Below are positions 9,300 to 17,434 of a stretch of 64,000 nucleotides of DNA, in pieces. The position numbers and the translations under genes were made by a program. The stretch lies in sequence record MW584166.1; one strand, given 5' to 3'. The DNA comes from Mycobacterium phage prophi88-1. The notes under the pieces were generated by a model, which saw only the letters and a program-made list of their open reading frames with translations, had not been told where the DNA came from and ran no database searches. The first letter of the stretch is position 1; each line of letters begins with the position of its first letter.

Positions 9300-9727
9300 C
9301 GACGCCGACGCTGCTGGATGCCTCGGACGCGGTGTTCTTCGTCCCGGGTAAGCCCGCCCCGCAGGGCAGCAAGAGACATGTCGGTCGAGGGGTCCTCGTC
9401 GAATCGTCGAAAGAGGTTGGCCCGTGGCGCGAACGGGTCGCGCTGGTGGCGCACGGGGCGATGGCGGGCAGGCCGATGTTCGACGGGCCGGTGTCGGTCA
9501 CGCTGCAATTCGTCCTGCCCAGGCCGAAATCCGCGCCCAAGACCCGGACGCCGGCGGCGACCAAGCGGCCCGACCTCGACAAACTGGAACGCGCGATCCT
9601 CGACGCCCTCACAGATGTGTGTTTCTCCGACGACTCGCAGGTGGTGAGCCTGTCCGGCTACAAGCGGATAGCCGAGCTGGGGGAGACGGCCGGCGTCGAG
9701 GTCCGCGTAGAGGGCTTCGGATTATGA
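9296..9727 (+). CDS. rusA: RusA-family Holliday junction resolvase
   Basis: 143 aa; KPAPQGSKR...[26 protein letters not shown] matches RusA catalytic Asp cluster. Confidence 0.8.
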   Translation: MTTPTLLDASDAVFFVPGKPAPQGSKRHVGRGVLVESSKEVGPWRERVALVAHGAMAGRPMFDGPVSVTLQFVLPRPKSAPKTRTPAATKRPDLDKLERAILDALTDVCFSDDSQVVSLSGYKRIAELGETAGVEVRVEGFGL

Positions 9728-9969
9728 GCCTGAGGTGGCGCGGACACAGCGAGATCATCGGTGCCCTTGTCGCGGTCGGGCTGCGCGGCACCTACATGGT
9801 TCAGAGCGTCGGCCGCGAATGGGTCCTGCAGGGTGTTGGGCACGACGGCCTGCCCATGCTGGCATTGCCCGCGGAGGGTAAGGCGTTCGCCGCGTTGCAT
9901 ACCGCGCAGCTGTACGCCATCGAGCTCGAGCGCAAGGGTGCCGTCGAATCCCAGGCGAGTGGGTGCTGA
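9724..9969 (+). CDS. hypothetical protein
   Basis: ATG 9724 overlapping rusA stop; 81 aa. Confidence 0.4.
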   Translation: MSLRWRGHSEIIGALVAVGLRGTYMVQSVGREWVLQGVGHDGLPMLALPAEGKAFAALHTAQLYAIELERKGAVESQASGC

Positions 9970-10247
9970 CGATGAGCGTTCACTCAACGGGCGCCGATGC
10001 CGAGCCCGCCCGTTACGACGGCGGCATGAGGAACGTGCTGGAAGCGATCGACCGCGGCGCAGTGCTCGGCATCCTCGGCGCAGCCGACACCGCGCTGGCC
10101 ACCAAGCAGCTCGCCGAGCGACAGGGAAAGGCGCTTGAGGAGATTCGCGGAGTGGCTGAGTACTGGCGAGATAACCCGCACTTTGGTCTAGAGATTCAGC
10201 AAGGCGCACGCCGAATCCTTCGCGCGATCGACGAGGCAGGTGCGTGA
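9963..10247 (+). CDS. hypothetical protein
   Basis: 94 aa ORF. Confidence 0.45.
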   Translation: MLTMSVHSTGADAEPARYDGGMRNVLEAIDRGAVLGILGAADTALATKQLAERQGKALEEIRGVAEYWRDNPHFGLEIQQGARRILRAIDEAGA

Positions 10248-11494
10248 TGCTGGCACCCAGGATCGGATCACTCTTCTCCGGCGCCGGTGGCCTCGACCTG
10301 GCCGTTGAGCATGTCGCTGGCGGCCGCACGGTGTGGCATTGCGAGGCCGACCCGGATGCCTCGAGAGTGCTTGCCGCCCATTGGCCGGGCGTGCCGAACC
10401 TCGGAGACATCACCGCCGTTGATTGGTCGGCAGTCGAGCCCGTAGACGTGCTGTGCGGCGGGTTTCCTTGCCAGGACGTGTCCGCGGCGGGCCGTCGCGC
10501 CGGTATCGCATCGGGCACAAGGTCGGGGCTCTGGCTGGAGTACGCCGAGGCAATCAATCAACTGCGACCACGACTGGTGGTCATCGAGAACGTCAGGGGG
10601 CTACTCAGTGGCTACGCCCATCGCGCAATGGAACCCGGCCCGGATGATCTGGGAGACCGATCAAGCCGACCTCTTCTGCGAGCAGCGGGAGCCGTACTCG
10701 GAGACCTGGCCGACCTCGGGTACGACGCGCAATGGACAACTGTTGCCGCTTCCGAAGTCGGGGCACCGCACCGCCGCGAACGGGTCTTCATTGTTGCCCA
10801 CCCCGCGGGCAGCGGCCGACCGAACCAGCAGAAGCGCGGCAATGCGCCGAGATTCGATGTCATCGCCGAGCCTGGCGCAGGCGATCGAGATAGCGCGCGG
10901 GGAGCTACCGCGGGAATTCACCAGCTGGAACGAAGTGCCCGCGAGCTGGCAGCCGTAGATCTATTGCCGACTCCGACGGCCAGCCGATACGGAAGCAACC
11001 AGTCTCCGAGCCCCGGCGTAGCGGTGCGTCCAGGCCTGGACTCGATCGCAGACCTGTTGCCAACGCCTAATGCCAGTGACGCGACCGGTGGCGGACAGAC
11101 GCCCGACAAACGCGAGGGGCATTCTCGCCAGCTGATCGATTACGCACTCCTGAACGGCACGCCACAGTGGGGCAAGTATGAGCCCGCGATCAGGCGTTGG
11201 GAAGCCATCACCCGCGAGGCGCCCACACCGACGGAGCCTGGAGCCAGGGGAAATCCGCGCCTGGCCGCCGCGTTCTCTGAGTGGATGATGGGCTGGCCGA
11301 TCGGATGGGTTACACGAGTAGGCATCTCACACCCCGAGCGTCCCGGGATGCTCAAGAACGGCGTGGCACGTGACCATGCTACTGCTGCGCTGAGTCGATC
11401 CGCCATGCTGCGCATCATCGGCAACGGGGTGGTACCCCAGCAGGCGGTCGCGGCACTGCAATGGCTGCTCAGCGTTTGCGAGGTGGCCGCGTGA
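10244..11494 (+). CDS. DNA (cytosine-5)-methyltransferase
   Basis: 416 aa; motif I FSGAGGLDLA, motif IV GGFPCQDVSAAGRRAG, ENV motif VIENVRGLLS. Confidence 0.85.
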   Translation: MMLAPRIGSLFSGAGGLDLAVEHVAGGRTVWHCEADPDASRVLAAHWPGVPNLGDITAVDWSAVEPVDVLCGGFPCQDVSAAGRRAGIASGTRSGLWLEYAEAINQLRPRLVVIENVRGLLSGYAHRAMEPGPDDLGDRSSRPLLRAAGAVLGDLADLGYDAQWTTVAASEVGAPHRRERVFIVAHPAGSGRPNQQKRGNAPRFDVIAEPGAGDRDSARGATAGIHQLERSARELAAVDLLPTPTASRYGSNQSPSPGVAVRPGLDSIADLLPTPNASDATGGGQTPDKREGHSRQLIDYALLNGTPQWGKYEPAIRRWEAITREAPTPTEPGARGNPRLAAAFSEWMMGWPIGWVTRVGISHPERPGMLKNGVARDHATAALSRSAMLRIIGNGVVPQQAVAALQWLLSVCEVAA

Positions 11495-11621
11495 CCCACT
11501 TGGACAGCAGTTCGCGGATTACCTCCGACACGCCGCCGTCGCGGCCTTCAAGGTCAGCTTTGTCTTGCGCTGCGCGCCATAATTCGTCGTCGATGCGCAG
11601 GCTGCGTAGCGGGCTAGGCAT
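11469..11621 (-). CDS. ribbon-helix-helix (CopG/ParD-like) DNA-binding protein
   Basis: Internal ATG 11621 gives 50 aa MPSPLRSLRIDDELWRAAQDKADLEGRDGGVSEVIRELLSKWV; start overlaps stop of upstream gene (ATG..TAG); converges into the 3' end of the Dcm gene. Confidence 0.5.
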   Translation of the reverse strand: MPSPLRSLRIDDELWRAAQDKADLEGRDGGVSEVIRELLSKWVTRPPRKR

Positions 11622-11835
11622 TGGTTTCGAACGATTCGCCAGCGTAGATCGCAGCCCACCTACCGTCGGGTTGCGTAACAGCGAGCATGAGTCCACCTCG
11701 ATTGATGGGGTGCTCAGTGATGGCACCGACGATCTTTGTGCCCGAGGCGGTTACATACGTGGCGGACGTGCCGATGAGATCGGCGCGGTAGGTGTTGTCG
11801 GTCGCCAGTTTGTACTCGTCAATCGTGATCTTCAC
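11614..11835 (-). CDS. hypothetical protein, first gene of a two-gene operon with the RHH protein (toxin-antitoxin-like architecture)
   Basis: GTG 11835, 73 aa VKITIDEYKLATDN...; immediately downstream (minus strand) of the perfect palindrome; the long upstream extension to 11925 would run through the palindrome and the Dam start, so it is unlikely. Confidence 0.35.
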   Translation of the reverse strand: MKITIDEYKLATDNTYRADLIGTSATYVTASGTKIVGAITEHPINRGGLMLAVTQPDGRWAAIYAGESFETNA

Positions 11836-11842
11836 GAGCCGA

Positions 11843-11866
11843 GTGTATATACAGCTGTATATACAC
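11843..11866. promoter_or_regulatory. perfect 24-bp palindrome GTGTATATACAGCTGTATATACAC (AT-rich, centred on CAGCTG) between divergent RHH operon and Dam methyltransferase gene
   Basis: Exact reverse-complement symmetry read directly; AT-rich island in GC-rich DNA; 20 bp from Dam start and 8 bp from the minus-strand GTG. Confidence 0.7.
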
Positions 11867-11900
11867 GTCAAGGGGTGGTTGCCTGATGACCCCACCCCCC

Positions 11901-12740
11901 ATGGCCTATTTCGGCGGTAAGACACGCCTTGCTCGCCGGATCGCTGATCTGCTTCCCCGGCATGGCCACTACGTCGAACCGTTCGCGGGAGGCCTCTCCG
12001 TGCTGCTGGCCAAGAAGCCCAGTCGCATGGAAACGGTCAACGACCTAGACGACAGGCTGATGACGTTCTGGCGAGTACTCCGCGACAAACCAGAGCAGCT
12101 GGCTCGCGCATGCGCCCTTACTCCGCATAGCCGTGCGGAGTACTCAACCGCCCGCGACGCCGATCTCGACACTATCGAGGACGACGTCGAGCGGGCCCGC
12201 CTGATCTGGGTACAGATCGCCGAAGGCCGCGGCGGCACGCTGCTCCGACAGACGGGCTGGCGCTACTACGTCAACCCAAGCCAGAACTCAACCGGGATGC
12301 CCGGCTACCTCAGTGCGTACGTGGACCGGATGGCTGCGGCTGCCGAGCGGTTGCAACGTGTCAGCCTGGAGTCTCGGCCGGCGCTCGAAATCATCGAAAA
12401 GTACGGCGCCCATTCGAAATGCTGCCTGTACGTGGACCCGCCGTACCTCGCGACCACGCGCAGCACGTCCGGCGGCGGCAACGGCTACCGCATCGACATG
12501 CCGGCACGCGCCGAGCATGTAGAGCTGCTGCGTGCGCTGACGGGGTGCCAGGCATCCGTGGTGCTGTCCGGCTACCCCTCCGAGCTGTACGACGAGGCGC
12601 TTCGGGGCTGGGACCGCATCGAGATACCCCACATGACTGGACAAGGAAGCGGTGCCAATCAAGGCCGGACAGAGGTGATTTGGTCAAACCGCCCGCTGCT
12701 ACAGCAGATGACCATCGGGTATCACGAGGCCGGTGAATGA
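11901..12740 (+). CDS. Dam-family (D12 class) N6-adenine DNA methyltransferase
   Basis: MAYFGGKTRLA (motif I), VEPFAGGLSV, DPPY motif (LYVDPPYL); ORF opens at 11886, 11901 ATG preferred. Confidence 0.85.
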   Translation: MAYFGGKTRLARRIADLLPRHGHYVEPFAGGLSVLLAKKPSRMETVNDLDDRLMTFWRVLRDKPEQLARACALTPHSRAEYSTARDADLDTIEDDVERARLIWVQIAEGRGGTLLRQTGWRYYVNPSQNSTGMPGYLSAYVDRMAAAAERLQRVSLESRPALEIIEKYGAHSKCCLYVDPPYLATTRSTSGGGNGYRIDMPARAEHVELLRALTGCQASVVLSGYPSELYDEALRGWDRIEIPHMTGQGSGANQGRTEVIWSNRPLLQQMTIGYHEAGE

Positions 12741-12868
12741 GCGACAACCTGATCTGCATCTGCGGCGATCACTTCTCGCAGCACGTCGGCGACATCAACC
12801 CCAAGTCGCTTCTGTCCGACTGCCCCGGATTCGAAGCCGACCCGAAAGCGAACGGAGACAACCAATGA
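12737..12868 (+). CDS. small Cys/His-rich protein (43 aa), translationally coupled
   Basis: ATGA overlaps at both ends; MSDNLICICGDHFSQHVGDINPKSLLSDCPGFEADPKANGDNQ; below ORF-track size cut-off. Confidence 0.35.
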   Translation: MSDNLICICGDHFSQHVGDINPKSLLSDCPGFEADPKANGDNQ

Positions 12869-13128
12869 GCGATCCCTTGTTCACTGCTGCCAAGCTGCTC
12901 GAATCGCACGGATATGCGGTCGTGGAGCTGCCGAAGCCGGTTGGGGTCAACGGCACTGACAACATCGTGTGGCTGAGTGACCCGTACATCGAGCAGGAAT
13001 TCAACGGCGACATAACCATTTCCGACAGGCTGGGTATCGACGCCGACGAGCTGGAGGATGTCGCCGCCGCGCTGCTCGCCGCTAGCCGCCGGCACCAGGA
13101 GGAGGCGCGGCTATGGGGTGTCGGATGA
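12865..13128 (+). CDS. hypothetical protein
   Basis: ATG 12865, 87 aa acidic protein MSDPLFTAAKLLESHGYAVVELPK... Confidence 0.45.
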   Translation: MSDPLFTAAKLLESHGYAVVELPKPVGVNGTDNIVWLSDPYIEQEFNGDITISDRLGIDADELEDVAAALLAASRRHQEEARLWGVG

Positions 13129-14279
13129 GTAACGGCACCTCAATATCTGAGCCCGCTATCCGGGTCCTGTCTCTCGGGGCGGGTGTCCAGTCGACGGTGT
13201 TGGCGCTCATGGCGTGCGACGGCACGCTGCCTGGTCTGGATGCTGCGGTGTTCGCCGATACCGGCTGGGAACCGCCCGCAGTCTATGAGCAGGTGGACCG
13301 GCTCGCCGCCGAGCTTGCCCGCGTTGATATCCCGCTGCACCGGGTCTCATCCGGCAACCTGCGGGCCGACACCCTCGACCCGGAAGCGCGATTCGTTTCG
13401 GTGCCATGGTTCACCTTGGCGCCCAAGGCTACCGAGGTGCCTGTTTATGGCGTATGCGCACCCTGCGGCGGCTCCGGCCGTGGACCATCTGACGAGCCTG
13501 ATTCATGTTCGGTGTGCGGTGGCGACGGCCGTGGGTCGATCGTGGGCACCAGGCTAGCCACTGCCACTGAACGGCACGGCATGGGGCGCCGCCAGTGCAC
13601 CAGCGAGTACAAGCTCAAGCCGATCAAGGTGAAGGTGCGCGAGCTGCTGGGCTACCCGCACCCGACACCGGTGCCGCGTGATGTGTTCGCAGAGCAGTGG
13701 ATCGGGTTCTCCACTGATGAGATCCACCGGGTACGCGACCGGCTGGACGTGAACTACTCCCGGCCGCGTTACCCGCTGCTGGAGCTGGGTATGTCCCGCA
13801 AGGACTGCCAGCGCTGGCTGGAGCGCGCGGGGTGGGGACACACCGCCAAGAGCGCCTGCATTGGGTGCCCGTTCCACGGCAATGCCCAGTGGCGGTACAT
13901 GTACGAGCGGCGCGACATCTGCGCGACGTGCGGCCACCCCCGTGACGACCACTGGCGCGGGTTCGACGAACCGAAGGCGTGCGCGCATCTGTACAACCGG
14001 GACCAGCCCGAAGCGCCTGCCGATCTGTGCATGTGTAAGCGGTTCCACTCCCTCTGGGATGACGCGGTCGATTTCGATCGCCGTATCCGCAAGGGCGGCG
14101 CCTCGGCCAACCCACTCGACGGCGAGGCGTTCCTGCACCGCTCACGAGTTCCGTTGGACCTGGCACCAATCGACCGCGTGACACGTGCCGAGTACGCCGA
14201 CATGCAGCTCGACCTATTCGAGGACGGCGACCCGGACGGCTGCTCGCCCTACGGCTGCCGCAGCGGCGAGGTGGCGTGA
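13113..14279 (+). CDS. PAPS-reductase/DndC-like PP-loop ATP pyrophosphatase family protein with inserted Cys4 zinc-ribbon and C-terminal Cys cluster
   Basis: N-terminal P-loop RVLSLGAGVQSTVLALMA...VFADTGWE; CAPCGGSG...CSVCGGDG ribbon; CIGCPFHG and CATCGH clusters reminiscent of CysH/DndC Fe-S region. Confidence 0.55.
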   Translation: MGCRMSNGTSISEPAIRVLSLGAGVQSTVLALMACDGTLPGLDAAVFADTGWEPPAVYEQVDRLAAELARVDIPLHRVSSGNLRADTLDPEARFVSVPWFTLAPKATEVPVYGVCAPCGGSGRGPSDEPDSCSVCGGDGRGSIVGTRLATATERHGMGRRQCTSEYKLKPIKVKVRELLGYPHPTPVPRDVFAEQWIGFSTDEIHRVRDRLDVNYSRPRYPLLELGMSRKDCQRWLERAGWGHTAKSACIGCPFHGNAQWRYMYERRDICATCGHPRDDHWRGFDEPKACAHLYNRDQPEAPADLCMCKRFHSLWDDAVDFDRRIRKGGASANPLDGEAFLHRSRVPLDLAPIDRVTRAEYADMQLDLFEDGDPDGCSPYGCRSGEVA

Positions 14280-14719
14280 TGGCTGTGCGTAAGTACATCT
14301 ACCGCGTGGTTGTCGACGAGTGGCCGACCAAGGACGGCATGCCCTTCATAGACCAAGACTGGCGCTGGTGGGAGCAGATCGTCGACTACTTCCACAACCC
14401 CGAGGGTGATGACCCGTCGCCCGCCTGGCTGCCCGATATCACCGGGTACCTGGAAGACCCGGGTGACGAATGGACGCCGGCGGGTTGGGGTAACAAGCCG
14501 CGATTCACCCGCCTTGTGTGCGAACCCGGAGACGAGCCCGACTACCCGAATGGATATCGGGGCTACGACGACCAGCCCGTGATCGCCGTGCCGATCGCTC
14601 CTGCCCGCCGGTTCATGCAACGGGCCCAGCCGGACGCGGCGGCAAAACAGCTGCGCGAGTGGGGATGCAAGGCACACGTGGAACGCGCTGCCCTTGGTGA
14701 TTGGGAGGAGGTGGCGTAA
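14276..14719 (+). CDS. hypothetical protein
   Basis: 147 aa, Trp-rich acidic protein; coupled to neighbours. Confidence 0.5.
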   Translation: MMAVRKYIYRVVVDEWPTKDGMPFIDQDWRWWEQIVDYFHNPEGDDPSPAWLPDITGYLEDPGDEWTPAGWGNKPRFTRLVCEPGDEPDYPNGYRGYDDQPVIAVPIAPARRFMQRAQPDAAAKQLREWGCKAHVERAALGDWEEVA

Positions 14720-15081
14720 TGCCCATACGTCCCGAGAACCGCGATCGCTACCCCAAGGACTGGCCTGAGATCTCGCGCCGCATCCGGTTCGAGCGCGCGC
14801 AAGGCCGCTGTGAGTGCGAGGGCGAGTGCCTGCGCGGTACACACCTCGACCGCTGCCCGAACGTCAACGGGCAGCCCGCCTACGGCACCGGCAGCCGCGT
14901 CGTGCTCACCGTGGCGCACCTGAACCACACCCCCGAGGACTGCCGGGATGAGAACCTGCGCGCGATGTGCCAGGGGTGCCACCTGCACTACGACCTAGAG
15001 CACCACGCGCAGACGCGCCAGCGGGCCCGCACGGCAGCTCTTGAGGCACAGATGGATTCGATGTTCGAGGGAGTGCAGTGA
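14719..15081 (+). CDS. HNH endonuclease
   Basis: ATG 14719 after GGAGGAGGTGG RBS; CECEGEC...VAHLNHTPEDCRDENLRAMCQGCHLHYD HNH motif. Confidence 0.75.
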   Translation: MPIRPENRDRYPKDWPEISRRIRFERAQGRCECEGECLRGTHLDRCPNVNGQPAYGTGSRVVLTVAHLNHTPEDCRDENLRAMCQGCHLHYDLEHHAQTRQRARTAALEAQMDSMFEGVQ

Positions 15082-15515
15082 TACCGGCCAATACTCCGTG
15101 CAAGTGGTGCGACACTCCACTCTCCGACTGCGACGGCGCGCGGCCCAGCCGGAAGTGCTGCCCGGACTGCCGACACCACAAGCGCATCCAGCGCAAGCGC
15201 ACCGCGGGCTGGCGGATGCCAGAAGGCGCCATCTACGTCGGGCGGCCGAGCCAGTGGGGCAACCCGTACGTTGCGGGCCCAGGTCGCCCACGAATGCCAT
15301 GGCTGCCAGAGGGGACCGTTCTGACCGTTGAGCAGACCGTCGCCTGCTATGCCGACATGGTTCGCGGCGGTGGCCCGAACATCAACGGCGATAGGTGGCT
15401 TACATCGCAAGTCGGTGTAATTCGCTACCTCCTGGCCGGGCATGACCTCGTGTGCTGGTGCCCGCTCGATCAGCCGTGCCATGCCGACGTGTTGCTTGAG
15501 CTGGCCAATGGCTGA
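15078..15515 (+). CDS. DUF4326-like protein with N-terminal zinc ribbon
   Basis: CKWCD...CCPDC ribbon; GRPSQWGNPY and LVCWCPLDQPCHADVLLELAN resemble the DUF4326 family. Confidence 0.45.
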   Translation: MIPANTPCKWCDTPLSDCDGARPSRKCCPDCRHHKRIQRKRTAGWRMPEGAIYVGRPSQWGNPYVAGPGRPRMPWLPEGTVLTVEQTVACYADMVRGGGPNINGDRWLTSQVGVIRYLLAGHDLVCWCPLDQPCHADVLLELANG

Positions 15516-15648
15516 GCTGCCGCGGGTGCTGTTCACGTATGCCGAATGCCGCGCGCTGGGCCGCTGCACGTACTGCGGTTGGCACCCACCCACGCAGGGC
15601 CACCACCCGAATTGCCCACGCCCACAGAAACGGAAGGGACGTCGATGA
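15508..15648 (+). CDS. small Cys/His protein (46 aa)
   Basis: ATG 15508 overlapping upstream stop; CRALGRCTYCGWHPPTQGHHPNC; ends by overlap with whiB start. Confidence 0.3.
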   Translation: MAELPRVLFTYAECRALGRCTYCGWHPPTQGHHPNCPRPQKRKGRR

Positions 15649-15935
15649 GTCGGAACTGGCAGGCCCGCGCTGTGTGCCGGGACGAAGACCCCGAGCTGTT
15701 CTTCCCTGACCCGTCCGACACCGTGACTGCGCGGGCAGCCCAGAGGGTGTGCGCCACATGCCCTGTGAGGCCGCAGTGCCGGGCGGCCGCCAGCGCGAGA
15801 CGCGAACCGTACGGGATCTGGGGCGGCGTCAACCGCGAGCTGGACGCGGACAGACGACGCGCCGCCTCTTCACCCCCGACGAATGAAATCAGCACACCGC
15901 CCACCACCCCATCGATCGCAGAGGCAGCACAGTGA
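15645..15935 (+). CDS. whiB: WhiB-family (Wbl) Fe-S transcription factor
   Basis: C-x(n)-C-x2-C-x5-C pattern AVCRDEDPELFFP...RVCATCPVRPQCRAAA and GIWGG turn, diagnostic of WhiB. Confidence 0.85.
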   Translation: MSRNWQARAVCRDEDPELFFPDPSDTVTARAAQRVCATCPVRPQCRAAASARREPYGIWGGVNRELDADRRRAASSPPTNEISTPPTTPSIAEAAQ

Positions 15936-17071
15936 CGACCCGCGAGTACGCCAAAAACCTGTTCGCCCAATGGTCCGACGACGACTTCTGCAACCAACCG
16001 ATCTTCGACAAGCTGTTCTTCCAGGTCCTCAACGGGCAGCGCGCCGTCAACGCCGCCGGCATCCAGCCGATCAACTTCACCCGCTGGCGCAAGGCCATGC
16101 GCGACGGCGAACACCTGCCCGCCGTGCGCGATCTGCAGGCCGCGCTGGTGCGCATGGAGCGCCGCGGTTTCGTGTTCACCGACGAGGACACGGGGGAGGT
16201 GCTGGTGCGGTCCCGGATCCGCCGCGACGAACTGGACAAGCAGCCCACCATGTTCCTGGCGGCGCTGCGCCTCCTGGCCGTCATCGACTCACCCAAGTTC
16301 GCCGCCGTGCTCGCCGACGAGCTCGACCGTATGGACGTCCCGGAGGTGAAGGGGGACAAGGACTACGCCAAGCGTCTGCGCGACTCCCTCAATGACACCC
16401 ATAGGGCCGCCCGCCTACACCTCAAGACCCTGGCCGACGGATACCCGCAGCCGTTCCCCGAACCGTTCGACGGACTCACCGAGGGACCCTCCCAGGGACC
16501 CACCCCTAGACCCTCTACGGGACCCTCCGAAGGACCCACCTCGGGAGGGTCTACGGGACCCACCCCGCGACCTGGGGAAACAGGACCCACCCCGGGACCC
16601 TCCCCGAGACCCACCCAGGGACCCTCGGGTTCTGGTTCTGGTTCAGGTTCAGGTTCTCTCACCTTGGTAACTACTCAAGTGGGGGGTACGCGTGCGCGCG
16701 CACACGAGACCGCCGAACCCACACCAGCACCAGACGAACCCCCCACACGATGCAAAGCCCACCGCGACAACCCCGATGCCATCGAGGACAACTGCGGCCC
16801 CTGCGCCAACTTCCGCAAGGCACACGAACGCTGGACCGAACACCAAACACGCGCCCAAGCCCAAGCCAGGGCAGACGCCCTCCACCAGGCCGCCCAACTC
16901 CGCGCCCACGCCATCGCCGCCTGCGACCTCTGCGACCCAGACGGCTACCTCCCCGGCACCAGCACCGTCTGCAACCACAACCCCACCCAAGCCGAGACCA
17001 ACGCCCGCGGACGCCAACTCGTCCACGCCGCACTCCGCAGCCGAACCCAGCAGGAGACCGACGATGCGTGA
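15932..17071 (+). CDS. protein with globular N-terminal domain, Pro/Thr/Gly/Ser-rich linker (GSGSGSGS) and C-terminal Cys/His zinc-finger-like motifs
   Basis: 379 aa; CKAHRDNPDAIEDNCGPCANF and CDLCDPDGY motifs; low-complexity middle encoded by GGGACCC-type tandem repeats. Confidence 0.55.
   Translation: MTTREYAKNLFAQWSDDDFCNQPIFDKLFFQVLNGQRAVNAAGIQPINFTRWRKAMRDGEHLPAVRDLQAALVRMERRGFVFTDEDTGEVLVRSRIRRDELDKQPTMFLAALRLLAVIDSPKFAAVLADELDRMDVPEVKGDKDYAKRLRDSLNDTHRAARLHLKTLADGYPQPFPEPFDGLTEGPSQGPTPRPSTGPSEGPTSGGSTGPTPRPGETGPTPGPSPRPTQGPSGSGSGSGSGSLTLVTTQVGGTRARAHETAEPTPAPDEPPTRCKAHRDNPDAIEDNCGPCANFRKAHERWTEHQTRAQAQARADALHQAAQLRAHAIAACDLCDPDGYLPGTSTVCNHNPTQAETNARGRQLVHAALRSRTQQETDDA
16480..16660 (+). 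repeat. tandem degenerate nucleotide repeats (GGGACCCNCC units and GGTTCTGGTTCAGGTTC) encoding the P/T/G-rich linker
   Basis: GGGACCC recurs more than 10 times in 180 bp; GGTTCT/GGTTCA x5 at 16623-16655. Confidence 0.6.
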
Positions 17072-17348
17072 CCCCTACGACCCCTGGGCCGACGAACAAG
17101 CCCACCTCGCAGAACTCGCCCAAGCCCAAGACCTCGACGCCATACGCAGCTGCACCCACTGCGACCACCAAGGCATCCGACCCAACGGCCTCACCTGCCG
17201 CCACATCGACCACGCCGCAGCCGCCAAACGAGGACTCGCCACCATCCGCGCCCAAATGGGCTGGAACACCCCCACAGGCACAACCACCCCACAAACCAGC
17301 CAAAAACCGCCCCACGACGCCACCAGCAGCCAAAAAACACGCCTGTAA
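17064..17348 (+). CDS. small Cys/His-motif protein
   Basis: ATG 17064; CTHCDHQG...CRHIDH; 94 aa. Confidence 0.45.
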   Translation: MRDPYDPWADEQAHLAELAQAQDLDAIRSCTHCDHQGIRPNGLTCRHIDHAAAAKRGLATIRAQMGWNTPTGTTTPQTSQKPPHDATSSQKTRL

Positions 17349-17434
17349 CTCACCCCCACCACCCAAAAACCCCGAACCATCAACCACCCAGCCCAAACCC
17401 CAGCCAGCACCCCCAACAAAGAAAATCCACCACC

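Noticed and set aside
11614-11925. Long form (103 aa) of the minus-strand gene upstream of the RHH gene
   Set aside because: Would read through the 24-bp palindrome and overlap the Dam start divergently; the shorter GTG-initiated 73-aa form is more plausible, though still uncertain
16480-16660. Possible CRISPR-like or mini-satellite repeat
   Set aside because: Repeats are short, degenerate, contiguous without unique spacers and lie in-frame inside a coding linker; no cas genes
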